Numbered from the stretch's first letter, positions 1-13,984 are shown. The stretch: DNA of 64,000 nucleotides from the human T2T-CHM13v2.0 reference genome, Homo sapiens (GCF_009914755.1 NC_060938.1), one strand, 5' to 3'. The notes: a model not told the origin generated them from the letters alone. Program-made: numbers and translations.

Positions 1-288
1 TTTTATTTCTGAGATCTCATCAGAATTACCTTAACTGCCCACATTTCTACCAACATTAGGATGGCAACCACTTAAGTAACCTCTAAGAGGTTTCAGGCTT
101 TAGCTACAGCTCTTCTTGCCAGAGCCCTCACCAGAATTACTCTTAATACCTCATTTACAGCAACCTAGGTTTTTTCCTAACCTCCTCTTCTAAATTTTTT
201 CAGCTTCTACCCCTTACTCAATTTCAAAGCTGCCTCTACATTTTCAGGTATTTGTTATAGAAACAGCCCCTCTTCTTGATACCAATTT
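1..288 (-). mobile_element. MaLR (MST/MLT1A-type) internal sequence, cut by the window edge
   Basis: Antisense MaLR-int motifs (tcaaagctgcctctacattttcaggtatttgttatag...taccaatttt) directly abut the LTR. Confidence 0.7.
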
Positions 289-1029
<741 letters not shown>

Positions 1030-1822
1030 TCACAGTCCCTGATTTCAAAATATATTACAAAGCTATAGGAATCAAAACAGCATGGTACTGGCATAAAAAC
1101 AGACACATCGACACATAGAGGAATAGGATAAAGAGCTCCAAAGTAAACCTACATATTTACAGTCAATTGATTTTCAACAAAGATGCCAAAAATGCAAAAC
1201 AGGGAAAAAATTGTCTTTTAAATAAACAGTATTGTGAAAACTGGCTAGTCACATAGAGAAGAATAATATTGGGCTCTTCTCTCAAATCATATACAAAAAT
1301 AAACTCAAAATGTTAGATTAAAGACTTAAATGTAAGACTTGAAACTGTGAAACTATTAAGAAAAACACATAGGGAAAAAGCTCCATGATGTTGGTCTGGG
1401 CAATAATGTTTTCAATATTACCTCAAAAGTATAGGCAACAAAAGTAAAAATAGACAAATGAGGTTATGTCAAACTAAAAAGCTTCTTCTTTTGTCTAAAA
1501 ATAGACAAATGAGGTTATGTCAAACTAAAACGCTTCTTTCACAGGAAAAAAATTAACAGGGTAGAGAGACAACCCATGGATTAAGAGAAATTATTTGCAA
1601 ACCATACATCTGATAAGGGGCTGATATTCAATATGTATAAGGAAGTCAAACAACTCAATAGCAAGAAAATAAGCCATTTTTGCAGAGAATTCATATAAAT
1701 GGCCAACAGATATATGAAAAGGTGCTAAACATCACTAATCATCAGAGAAATGCAAATTAAAACCACGGTGAGATATCACCTCACACCTGCTAGAATGGCT
1801 TTTATCAGAAAGATGAAAAATA

Positions 1823-2163
<341 letters not shown>

Positions 2164-2164
2164 C

Positions 2165-2520
2165 TATGAAAACAAAAAGTTATATTAAAACCAGTGAAAA
2201 TAGGCATTAAGCCAAAAAACATTACCAGTAATAAAGATGGTCACTTGCATTTCAAAAGATTCAATCCACTAAGAAAACAAAGCAATAGTAAATTTAATAT
2301 CAACCAATAACAAAACACAAATAGTTCTAATAGCATAAATTCTAAGTATCAAAATCAAAATGTTGAAAGGAGAAATAGACAAATTTACATCAATACTGTG
2401 AATCCTAATACATCTTTTCAATAATTCACATCACAAAGGCAAATACCATAAAGGCCCCAAAACAAGCCTCAACAATTGCAAAAGACTAGGGTGCTAGACC
2501 TTATTTTCTAATAGCACAAC
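2165..2520 (+). mobile_element. Very old L1M ORF2 endonuclease-region fragment
   Basis: Degenerate match to EN-coding L1 sequence (aaaacattaccagtaataaagatggtcac; aaaggagaaatagacaaatttac). Confidence 0.55.
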
Positions 2521-2554
2521 TTACTAGAAAACATGTTGTTAAAAACAACAGTAG

Positions 2555-3900
2555 AGATTTTGCTAGTTAAGATAGAATAACAGGGACAAGATTTACCTTT
2601 TTATTATAGCAACTAGAAAATCAGACAAAGTATATGAAACAACAATTTTCAGACATTGGATGAAAAGCAATTCAACACCATAATCCATGAAGAAAGGGAA
2701 ACAAGCAAAATGAGCCCTACTATTCCACAGGCTTAGGTCCTAAGAGGCAGTTTCCAGGCTACAGCGGGGAAGAAAGGCTACGGGGGGAAGGGAAAATTCA
2801 AACAGGGTTGGGCATCTTGCTATGAGGAGATGGAAGCTTGGGAAAACCAAGACAGCTAGAATTACATAAGAAAGAGCACAGGAGAGGAGGGAACTACAAA
2901 AAAAGAGTTCCACAAATCTGCAGAGGCATACTTTTGAGTCTGTGGCTAAGGAAACTACACAGTAAAGAAAAGCCTCTGGAATAGAGTAATCAAAACAATT
3001 TCCTAAGCACACAAAACTGAGAATAGGTTGTACGCACACCTGCCAGAGTGAATAGATCTTATAATTGATGAGGCATTGAGTAAAATCTTCAGAAGTGTAT
3101 TGCCTAAGTAGCAGGGTTATATCAGCCATAGATTAAAGGCCTAACAAAATTAAAACCAAACCTTATAACATTCCAATTGCTACAAAGTAACATTGCAAAC
3201 CAAAACAGCATCTAATAGTATTAAAAGGAAAACAAAATCTAGCACCAGCAACGTACAATTCACAATGTCTAGCATCCAATCAAAATTGCCAGGTTGGAAA
3301 AAGTAGAAAACTATGGCTTACAATAAGGGAAAATATCAGTCAATAGGAACAGTCTCAGAAACAGAGATGATGAAACTAATGAACGAGGATGTTAAAAATG
3401 TCTCATATTTCAAGAAGGAAAAGAAAGACATGAACATGCTGAGAAAAGAAATGGAAGATATTTTAAAGGACCTAAATCAAACTTTTAGACATGAAAAAAT
3501 ATAATATCTAAAATGTAAAATACACTAAATGGAAGTAACATCATAATAGGTACTATAAAAGAAGAGATCAGTGATTTAAAGACATAGCCATAGAAACTGT
3601 CCAAAATAAAGAACACAGAAAAAAAAGACTAAATAACAAACAAAAGAAATTGAACATCACTGATCTGTGGAAAATATCAGGTATTCTAACAAATATGTAA
3701 TTAGAGTACAAGAAGCAGAGGGTCAGTGAACAGAAAAAAATTTTTGAATAAACAATATCTTTTAAATTTTATGGAAAAAATATAATCCACAAATCCAATC
3801 TTAATGAATGCCAATCAAAAGAAACATTAAAAATGCTAAGGAATATAACCAAATTGCTAAACACCATTGATAAAAATCTTAAAAACAGGAAAAAAGACAC
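2555..3900 (+). mobile_element. Old L1M (L1MC/MD-type) 5'UTR and ORF1 fragment
   Basis: 5'-end motifs (acaacaattttcagacattggat...aaagggaaacaagc) followed by A-rich, coiled-coil-like ORF1 remnant (3313-3504 peptide). Confidence 0.6.
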
Positions 3901-6900
3901 AGGATAAAGAAGTGAACTAGGAAGTGCAGTTTGAAGATATAGAACAAAAAGCTGGCATTATCAGAACATGTAGACAACGGACAAAGTTAAGGGGCACAAT
4001 ATTTAACATTGTCATTTTTCTAATGTATTGTTGTAATGTACATAACTTTCTTTGGTGTCACACGCACACACAGGTACACACACACATTCTTTTTTTTTTT
4101 TAACCCCTTTAAGAAAATACATTGGGCCTGAATAGTTTTTTATGCATTACTTTTTCATCCTTCCTCTTCTACTTAGATTATAAATTACTAGAAGACAGAC
4201 TTTCTCTTAGACTTGATCATTTCCCTGCAAGAATGCTCTACAGACATTCATTTAATATGTGTTGATTTTTTCTTCCCAATGTATTTGCTGTTATATATAG
4301 GCAAAAGATAGCTGAAGGGTCCAGGAAGTATCACAGAAAAAGTAGAACCATGAGGATTTCTTTTCACTATGATTCCAAATTTCCTACTAAATGTCTCATG
4401 AGAATTATTTTAGATAAGGCATTTAAGAGGTGGGGAAAGCTTTTGGAGAAAAGCTATGAGTAATACCCCAGGACTTGATATCTCTGCGTGCCCTGTAGAA
4501 AGAGTGCTCTAAGCACATCCCCAGTCCCTACACAGCCTGATTAAAATTGTCCCTTTTTCTTTTACATTCTCTGCCAGTATTCCTCCCCACCAAATATAAA
4601 TGAGGGGAATAGTGCACCCAAATTTATCAAACAGCCACCCCAGCACACAGCAATCCTCAGCACACATGGCCTAACCCACATAGAGTTGGCCAGCAAAACT
4701 CTCCAACCAGTGTGCACCCTCACTTTGTCTCATTAGCATGCTAGTAGAGCCACAATGATGATTTATTCAAGCTAAGCCCAAATCTTTCATAAAGAAAAAA
4801 AGGCAAGGGTGGCCTGGTTAAAAGAGAAGAAGAAAGGATAGAGTCAGAGTTCCCATAAGAACCTAATTTAAATTCTGACCTGGATCTTCATTGATCTCAC
4901 AAAAGAAACATAAAAAGAACTAGAAAGGGGAGGGGAAAAGGCAGCCTTGGACAGAGCATGGCAAATTGGAAAAGAAACCTGCACACATTCCCTAAAGACA
5001 ATTAGCTTAATTATTTCTATAGTCATCCACTGCATTCAGTGCATATTGATCGACTTCACTACTAATTAGACTAAATGACCTTGAACATTTCTATACAATC
5101 AGTTTCATTCTATAGAAAACTTATTTTCAGTGGTATTTTGATACATGCTAGAAGAGATTCTTTAGATATTTAAAACTAAGAAAGGGGAATACAATATTTA
5201 ACACTTGTGAAGGAAAAGGTAAAGAAAATACTATGCAAACTATTATATAATTTTCTCAAATTATGAAATTCCATAATCCTATATTCGACCTCCATATATT
5301 TACAGCTATATATGAACTTCAATTTCAGCTTTTATAAGTGTGCTTTAAAGAGATCAAAGCTTGTGCCATTTCAGAAAAAGTAATTTGATATTGAATAATG
5401 ATATTATAAGGAAATTAATAATGAACTTATAATTAACTAATAATTTATTAAATAAAAAATTAAGAAAAACAAAATATATGAAGAATGTTTCTAGTAATTA
5501 GATCTGGGGTTCTGGGGTCCTGAAATGGACTGAAATGAAACGGACTACTGAGCAGCTTATTACTGGAAACCCTCAAAGAGTTGATAGGTGATTAAAGAAG
5601 ATGGAAAGGGTATTACTGCATTGCAAAGGCGACTGGACTAGATGATTCCACAGGTCCCTTCCAAACATGCCACATGTATTGTGCACTTGCACTTCTAGTT
5701 AAGGTAACATGGAAATCAAGGCTGAGTGTAGCACAAATATTGAGGGAACGTGGCCTTTAGGCAAGGAAGAAATCCCTGTCCGATTTCCTTTGTTTTGAGC
5801 ACTGTAGTGGTAAATCTGCTGTTATGACTGGATAAATCTATGGAGCCTGAAACACAGGCCCCAGTCTGCTAACTACAAGATGGCTGTTAAATGCAAAGAC
5901 CATCACGCAAAGACCTTCATGCATTCCCCTCTTTCTGCTCAAGAGGTGACCTACAATCTCCATGGAGAGAGGACCTACACGCATCAGCTTCTCCTCCAAG
6001 AGGCATCCATACAGAAACCTGTGTGGAACTTATCCCTCCTGCTTGTAACTGCACTAAACTTCAAGTGTCATTGTTCTCTACAATTGACTTCGTGCGGTTA
6101 ATTTGGAGAGTAGAGATCAATCCAGTACAATTGCAATCTCAATATGGGGTACCATGAGAAAACAGCCTTGGGATGAGACATGCTCAGGGAAGCGGCCAGG
6201 GCTGCCATGTAGGATTATTCATTTACATACTACACAAGGACTCCATATTCAAAGGGCAGCATACACATCACAGACAGCTTTGCTATTTTGAACTATTGTC
6301 AGATTATTATTTTAACATTATTGATTCAGAAAATGGGCAACTTGTGTATTTATAGTGATAAATTTTTAGCAGATAGCAACACCATATCTTCTAACAAAAA
6401 TCAGTATATTGAAACTTTTTCCTGACAAAGGATCAACAAGTCTGATAATCAAGGATCTTGTTAGTCAAACATCTAAATAACCTGTGTTTTCACATGAGGA
6501 ACTGCATTTCTGACTAGTATACTGATAGATAAGCCTCTGAAAATGTAAGCAAAAAGTCTTCTGTTGGTGTTAGTGCAAAGGTTAAATGTGATGCTATATA
6601 GTACAGTTCATATCATCTATCTGTTTACTATATTAGAACAGTATTGCTGAATTCTTAATTTAAATCTATGAATACTTTCATGATGATGTAAGTAATGAAT
6701 ATTCATTTCCCATTAGTAATATACAAGGTAAGTATTACTTAGACATAAATTAGAGATTACTGTGCAATCATCCACTTAATATGGCAATTGATTGTTTTGG
6801 TTATGGAAATTCTGACAGTACAAACATTAACTGCCATTAAAATGTTGCTGTCTCCTACCATATAGATATTATTTATGCTAATATAAAATGTGCAGGAACC

Positions 6901-7251
6901 AAAATTCAATCAACAGTGCCTTTAAAATAATTAAATGAAGTGAGAAATTCTTTGACAAAACATGAAGCAATGCTGTTTGATAAAATTATATTATTGATGT
7001 TAAACCAATTGTAGTTTCTTGACTCTGAAATCAACTTCCCCAACATTAAATTACCATAAAAAGGGGAAAGAAGATTTAATTTACCTATAAATCTCACAGC
7101 AGTCCGGCTATGATCCAAAACAAAATTTCAAAATCAATTTTTTTCTTATCTTGGATGTAACATTCTCCTTAAAAGAAAGGCTTACGATAATGAAAGAATA
7201 TCATGCCTTTTCCAGTGGATTAGATGTTTGCTATTCAAAGTGTAGTCCATG

Positions 7252-7333
7252 ACAGGCAACAAAAGCAAAAATAAAGTAGAACTACATCAAACTAAAGTTT
7301 CTTCACCACAGAGAAAATAATCAACAAAACAAG
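7252..7333 (+). mobile_element. Short L1 ORF2 3' fragment
   Basis: acaggcaacaaaagcaaaaataaa...actacatcaaactaaagtttctt. Confidence 0.7.
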
Positions 7334-8179
7334 GTTCCCACCCCTGCCAAGAAGATGGCAGATTAGAGGCTTTCAGCACGCTACAGACACTTGGAAATAG
7401 AAAAATCGTGTGTAAAGATTGACTCTGAGCTTTAATTCAAGAAGAAAAATAGGAATTCACCAGAATAGCAAAGTACATTTCAGATCCTGGGGAAGAGAAT
7501 GTGGACAAACAGCCCCCATGATGACATTTGCCTGCTAAATGTGAGTGAAGCCCCACCCCAGTACCTGAGAAGGGCAGAGAGTCTTCCTCTGTAACTCACC
7601 TTTCCACTAGGAATCTGTGCATTCCGGGCTGAGGGGGAATACGTTTTTTCTCCCGAGCCCTGGGACTACCCTGGGGAGATACTGTGAGACAGAGAGAGGG
7701 AATGATGCTGGTAAAAGCTGCAAGCATCTTCCCAGACCCAGGACTGAGAGGAGGATGCCATTTTTAATCTGGACTCACACAAAGTCAGTCATGGTTGGCA
7801 ACCTGACAGCAGCAGCTGCTGCAGGCATTTTAGCCTCAGGCCAGAGATTGGAGCACTTGCTCTGCAGCAGGTGAAGGGCCCTCATAGCCAGAATTAAGCA
7901 GCAAGTGTGGAGTGCATGCCAGCAGGAGTAGGTGCTGGATCGGGCTCTCTCCCATTGCAGGACTGGAACAGGAGAAAACTTGCTGAAGCCAAGGTTTCTC
8001 CTGCACAGTGAGACTTGCAGCCAGGGACAGCTTTGCAACCTGAAATTGGTCTGCATGTGTCATTGCTGGATGCCCCAGCCTACACCCTTGGTCATTCAGG
8101 GGAGAGTACCCTACCATTTGCGAGGAGTGGGAGACAGGAAGACCCCATTCATATTCATCTGAATTGGGAGCGTAAGCCA

Positions 8180-9120
8180 AGCCTTCCTTCCCCTGCAAAG
8201 ATCTGGGTGCAGTGGTGCCCCATCCACGGGACATTCCCAGGCATTTGGAGTACCCATTTGCCTAGATTAGCAGCCTAAGTTGCCCCCTCCCTTCCCATGC
8301 AGATCCTGATGCAGTGGTAGTTTCTCCACTCCATGCACAGGCATGTTTCCAGGCATTTGGAGTACCTGCCCACCTGGATCAGCAGTGTAAGCCACTACTC
8401 TCTTCCTGTGCAGATATTGGTGCAGTAGTGCTTCCTCCACTCCACATCCAGGAATATTTCCATTCATTCAGAGCAGCTGCTCACCTGGATTATTAGCTTG
8501 GACCACCTCTTTCTTCCCATGCAGAGATCTTGTTGCAGTGGCACACTCTCTGCTCCACATCCGGACATATCTTCAGGTTTTTGGTGCACCTTCCCCCTTG
8601 GAATAGGAGCTTGAGCTGCCACTCCCTTCCCACATGAAGAACTTGGTGCAGGAGCACTCCCTCTATGCCATACCCAGATGTAACCGGAGGTATCTGGCAC
8701 AACCACTCCTACAGATTAGAAGTTTAAGTCACCCTGCCATTCCCATGCAACTACCTTGTTGTGGCAATGGTTTCTGTTCTCCTTCCCCAGGCATATTACC
8801 AAATTTGAAGGGCATCTGCTACCCCAAATTAGGAGCTTGAGCTGGCCCTATCCTCCCCTGCAAAGACCTTGTTGCAACAACAATATCTTTGCTCTTTGCC
8901 AGGGCATATTTCCAGGCATTTGGCACATTCATTGTTTTGGGTTACAAGGCTGAGCCGTCCCTTCCTTCTGGTGCAGAGAACTTGGTGCAGCTGTACTCTT
9001 TCTACTTGATGTCCAGATATATCTGCAGGCATTTGGAGCATCCACTCTTACAGGTTAGGAATTCAGGCCATCCTCCCCCATTCTTATGCAGAGAACATAG
9101 GACAGCAGAGGCACACCATG
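8180..9120 (+). repeat. ~113-bp tandem array (~9 diverged copies) in the L1PB 5'UTR
   Basis: A (g)gtgcagtgg-like anchor recurs at 8206, 8308, 8419, 8532, 8645, 8761, 8871, 8984 and ~9097; most copies are followed by a caggcatttggag-like motif. Confidence 0.85.
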
Positions 9121-10033
9121 TACACTTGGCAACTGCCCACTGGACCCCCTCAGAGCTGATGCTTGCACCTGTCACTGGGGGACCTGCATATGGGCCTGCC
9201 TGGTCTGGCACCACCTATCTTGGTTCCCCCATTCTGCGACTGAGCAGAGAGCTCAGATCACTGAACATTCCACAGATCAGCCCATTGTGTGAAGAAACAG
9301 AGAGTTTCTCCCAGTACACAAAGATCAAGTGTGTACCCATCTGCATTGCCTGCATCCAGCTTTTACCCATAAGCACCACCTATTGGACTGGAGGTTGAAC
9401 TGCACAACACCAAAGAAAATCTGACATAAGTGCACAGCACTGGGGAATGAGATACACCTCCTGAGACTCTCACTACCCTTGCACCACAGGAGGCAGTGAG
9501 CCTGTTCACACACCAAGTACATCTCTACCCAACCAGCATTTGGAAAAGTAACCATAAAAAGGCTATCTATAACAAAAGAACATATACAGACCCTTTGCCA
9601 CTGAAAGCACCCAGAACCAAAGGCAAAGGACCCTACACAACATACATTATATCATCCAAACCTCTGAGTTTATAGGTATTCGAGAGGGAGAAGAAAAAGT
9701 TTAAAGTGTGGAAAACTTATTTGAGGAAATAATTCAAAAAACTTCCCTGGTTTTGGGAGACATTTAGACATCCATACACAAGAAGCTCAGAAAATTTCTG
9801 GAAGGTACATTGCAAGAAGAACCTCACCAAGGCATATAGTCATCATACTATCCAAAGTCAGTATGAAGGAAAAATACCCAAGAGTGGCAAGAAAAGTATC
9901 TAATCACCTATAAAGAAAATCCCAACAGACTAACAGTGGACTTCTCAGCAGAAATCCCACAAGCCTGAAGAGACTGGGAGCATATTTTTAGTCTCCTTAG
10001 AAAAGAAGTGTCAGTCAAGATTTTTTTTTCCAG

Positions 10034-10197
10034 TTTTTTTCTTTTTCTTTTTTTTTTTTTTGGTTTGTTTGTTTGTTTGCAGAGACAGGGTCTCACTTTG
10101 TTGCCCAGGCTGGTCTTGAACTCCTTGCTTCAAGTAATGTTCCTGCCTTGGCCACCAAAAGTGCTGGGATTACAGGCATGAGACACTATGCCTAGCT
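10034..10197 (-). mobile_element. Free left Alu monomer (FLAM_C-like) in L1PB ORF1
   Basis: Single monomer (agagacagggtctcactttgttgcccaggctggtcttgaactcc) with a T/GTTT tail. Degenerate TSD aagatttt..ttcc / aagaatttt.tatcc. Confidence 0.85.
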
Positions 10198-10559
10198 AAG
10201 AATTTTATATCCTACCAAATCAAGCTTCATAAGTTAAGGAAAATAAATTCTTTCTCAGACAAACAAATGCTAAGGACATTCACTGATACTAGAATGACCC
10301 AACAAGAAAAGCCCAAAGGAGTTCTAAACATGAAAACTAAAGGATGATACTTGCCATCATAAAAGGACATATAAGTACAAAGCTCATAATCCTAGAAAGC
10401 ATTGAAACTCCAACACAACAGGCTAAAAACTTTATGACAGGTACAAAACCTCACATATCAATATTAATCTTGAATCCAAATAACCTAAATATTCTACACA
10501 AAAGCTACAAAGTGGCAAATTGTATTTAAAGACAGACACAGACTCAAAACAAAGGGGTG

Positions 10560-10750
10560 TGTGATGGTTAACACTGAGTGTCAACTTGATTGGATCGAAG
10601 GATGCAAAGTATTGATCCTGGGTGTGTCTGTGAGGGTGTTGCCAAAGGAGATTAACATTTGAGTCAGTCGAGTGGGAAGGGCAGATCCACCCTTAATTTG
10701 GGTGGGCACAATCTACTCAGCTGCCAGCATGGCCAGAATAAAAATTGGGC
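10560..10750 (+). mobile_element. MLT2A (HERV-L LTR), 5' portion
   Basis: Starts tgtgatggttaacactgagtgtcaacttgattggatcgaaggatgcaaagtattg, the MLT2A 5' terminus. Confidence 0.9.
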
Positions 10751-10953
10751 AAAAAAAAAAAAAAACAGAAAAGGAGCTTGTGCAGGAATCCCACATTTTT
10801 AGAACCATCAGATCTCGTGAGACTCATTCACTATTATAAGAACAATGCAGGAAAGACACACCCCCATAACATGATCGCCTCCCATAACACGAGAGAATCG
10901 TGGGAGTTACAATTCAAGATGAGATTTGGCTGGGGACAAGCCAAATCATATCA
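10751..10953 (-). mobile_element. THE1B-like LTR, 5' portion
   Basis: gagcttgtgcagg...accatcagatctcgtgagactcattcactat...gccaaatcatatca; the end is the reverse complement of the LTR start TGATATGG. Confidence 0.88.
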
Positions 10954-11738
10954 GGGTGGAGAAAGATATATGATGTAAAAGGAAAACAAAAGGAGCAGGA
11001 ATAACCATTCTTACATCAGATTAACACACACTTGAAACCAATAATGTTAAAAAGAAGGCAAAAAATGTAGTATATAATAATAAAGTCTTCAATAAAACAA
11101 GATTTAACTATCCTTAATATGTATGTACTCAATACTGGAGCACCCAGATTCATAAAACAAATACTACTAGATCTAAGAAAACAGATTGATAGCAATACAA
11201 TAATAGTGGGGAACTTCGATAACCCACTGACATCACTAGACAGATCACTGAGTCCAAAAATCAACAAAGAAACTCTGGACTTAAGCCAGACTGTAGACCA
11301 ACTGGGCCTAGTAGACATTTCTAGAACATTTCATCCAATAATCACAGAATATGCAAGCTTCTCACCTACATATGGAACATTCTCCAAAATCAGCCATATG
11401 CTTGGCCATAAAGCAAATCTCAATAAGTTCAAAAAATAATCAAATTATATCAAGTAGCATCTCAGACAACAGTGGAATAAAATTAGAAATCAATGCCAAG
11501 AGGAACTCTCAAAACTACACAAGTACTTGAAAACTAAACAACTTGCTCCTAAATAACCTTTGAGTAAACAATGAAATTAAGGCAGAAATCAAAAAATTTT
11601 CTGAAACAAATCAAAATAAAGACACAACATAAAAAAACCTCTGGGACACAGCAAAAACAATGCTAAAAGTAAAGTTTATAGTATTAAATGCCTACAGCAA
11701 AAAGACCGACATATCTCAAATTAACTACCTAATCTTGT

Positions 11739-13984
11739 TGACATAGTTTGGCTCTGTATCCCCACCCAAATCTCACCTTGCAGCTCCCATAATTCCCATG
11801 TGTTGTGGGAGGGATCCGATGGAAGATAACTGAATCATGGGGGCGGGTCTTGCCAGTGCTGCTTTTATGATAATGGATAAGTCTTGCAACATTTGATGGC
11901 TTAAAAAAATGGGAATTTGCCTGCACAAGTTCTGCCATCCATGTAAGATGTTACTTGCCTCTCCTTGTCTTCCACCATGATTATGAGGCCTCCCCAGCCA
12001 CATGGAACTGTGAGTTCTCCATTAAAACTCTTTCATTTGTAAATTGGCCAGTTTCAGGTATGTCTTTATAGGCAGCATAAAAATGGACTAATACAGTAAA
12101 TTGGTATCAGTAGAGTGGGGTGCTGCTGAAAAGATATCAAAAATATGGAAGCAACTTTGGAGCTGGGTAACAGGCAGGGGTTGAAACAGTTTGGAGGGCT
12201 CAGAAGAAGACAGGAAAACATGGGAGAGTTTGGAACTTCCTAGAGACTTGTTGAATGGCTTTGACCTAAATGCTCATAATGATATGGACAATGGAATCCA
12301 GGCTGAGGTAGTATCAGATGAAGATGAACTTTTTAGGATCTGGAGCAAAGGTAACTCTTGTTATGTTTTAGCAAAGAGACTGGTGGCATTTTGCCCCCGC
12401 CCTAGAGATTTGTGGAACTTTGAACTTGAGAGAGATGATTTAGGGTATATGGTGGAAGAAATTTCTAAGCAGCATTCAAGATGTGACTTGGGTGCTGTTA
12501 AAGGCATTCAGTTTGATAAGGGAAGCAGAACACAAAAGTTCAGAAAATTTGCAGCGTGACAATGTGATAGAAAAGAAAAACCCATTTTCTGAGGAGAAAT
12601 TCAAGCCAGCTGCAGAAATTTGCACAAGTAATGAGGAGCTGAATGTTAATCCCCAGGACAATGGGGAAAATGTCTCCAGAGCATGTCAGAGGTCTTCATG
12701 GCAGCCCCTCCCATCACAGGCCCAGAGGCCTAGGAGAAAATGATTTTGTGGGCCAGGCCCAGGGTCCCCATGCTGTGTGCAGCCTGGGGATTTAGTGCCC
12801 TGCGTCCCAGATGCTCCAGCCTCGGCTGAAAGGGACCAACCTAGAGCTCCAGCCATGGCTTCAGAGAATTCAAGCCCCTAGCCTTGGTAGCTTCCATGGG
12901 GTGTTGAGTCTGTGAGTGCACAGAATTCAAGAATTGGGGCTTGGGAACCTCTACCTAGATTTCAGAAGATGTATGGAAATACCTGGATGCCCAGGCAGAA
13001 GTTTTCTGTGGGGTGGGGTTCTCATGGAGAACCTCTGCTAAGGCAGTGAGAAAGGGAAATGTGGGGTTGGAGCCCCCACACAGAGTTCTTACTGGGGCAC
13101 CACCTAGTGGAGCTGTGAGAAGAAGGCCATCGTCCTCCAGACCCCAGAATGGTAGATCCACCAATAGCTTGCACCGTTTGCCTGGAAAAGCCACAGACAT
13201 GCAATGCCAGACCATGAAAGCATCCAGGAGGGAGGCTGTAACTGGCAAAACAGCAGGGGAGGAGCTGCCTAAGACCTTGGGAACCCACCTTTTGCCTCAG
13301 CGTGACCTGTATATGAGACATGGAGTCAAAGGAGATCATTTTGGAGCTTTAAGACTTGACTGCATCGCTGGATTTTTGACTTGCATGAGGCCTGTAGCCT
13401 CTTTCTTTTGGTCAATTTCTCCCACTTGGAATAGCTGGATTTACCCAATGCCTGTACCCCCATTGTATCTAAGAACTAACTAACTTGCTTTTGATTTTGT
13501 AGGCTCATAGGCGGAAGGGACTTGCCTTATCTCAGATGAAACTTTGGAATGTGGACTTTTGAGTTAATGCTGAAATGAGTTAAGACTTTGGGGGACTGTT
13601 GGGAAGGCATGACTGGTTGTGAAATGTGAAGACATGAGATTTTGTGGGGGGCGGACGGGAGAGGAATGGGGACGGGGTGTCCCCATTCAAATCTCATCTT
13701 ATAGCTCCCATAATTCCCACATGTTGTGGGAGGGACCCAGTGGGAGATAATTGAATCATGGGAGCAGGTATTTCCTTTGCTGTTCTCAGGATAGTGAATA
13801 AGTCTCATGACACCTGATGGCTTTAAAAAAAAAAATGCAAGTTTGCCTGCACAAGTTCTCTCTCTTTGTCTGCTGCCATCCACATAAGATGTGACTTTTT
13901 TATCCTTGCCATTAAACCTCTTTCCTTTGTAAATTGCCCAGTCTTGGGTACGTCTTTATCAGCAGTGTGAAATGGACCTATACA
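11739..13984 (+). mobile_element. Full-length THE1B-like MaLR (LTR 11739-12095, internal, LTR ~13667-13984)
   Basis: TG...CA termini, two LTRs, THE1-int peptides (WESLELPRDLLNGFD), and perfect TSD cttgt at 11734-11738 and 13985-13989. Confidence 0.93.

Noticed and set aside
5880-6355. Cluster of short overlapping ORFs in unique DNA as a coding exon
   Set aside because: No recognisable domain, no convincing paired splice sites, and lengths expected by chance.
8180-9120. Regularly spaced repeats as a CRISPR-like array
   Set aside because: The whole unit repeats with divergence, there are no unique spacers and no cas genes, and the context is a primate L1 5'UTR.
12191-13483. THE1 internal ORFs (also 33706-34152 and 20674-20913) as novel proteins
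   Set aside because: They are fragmented remnants of the MaLR internal ORF with stops and frameshifts.
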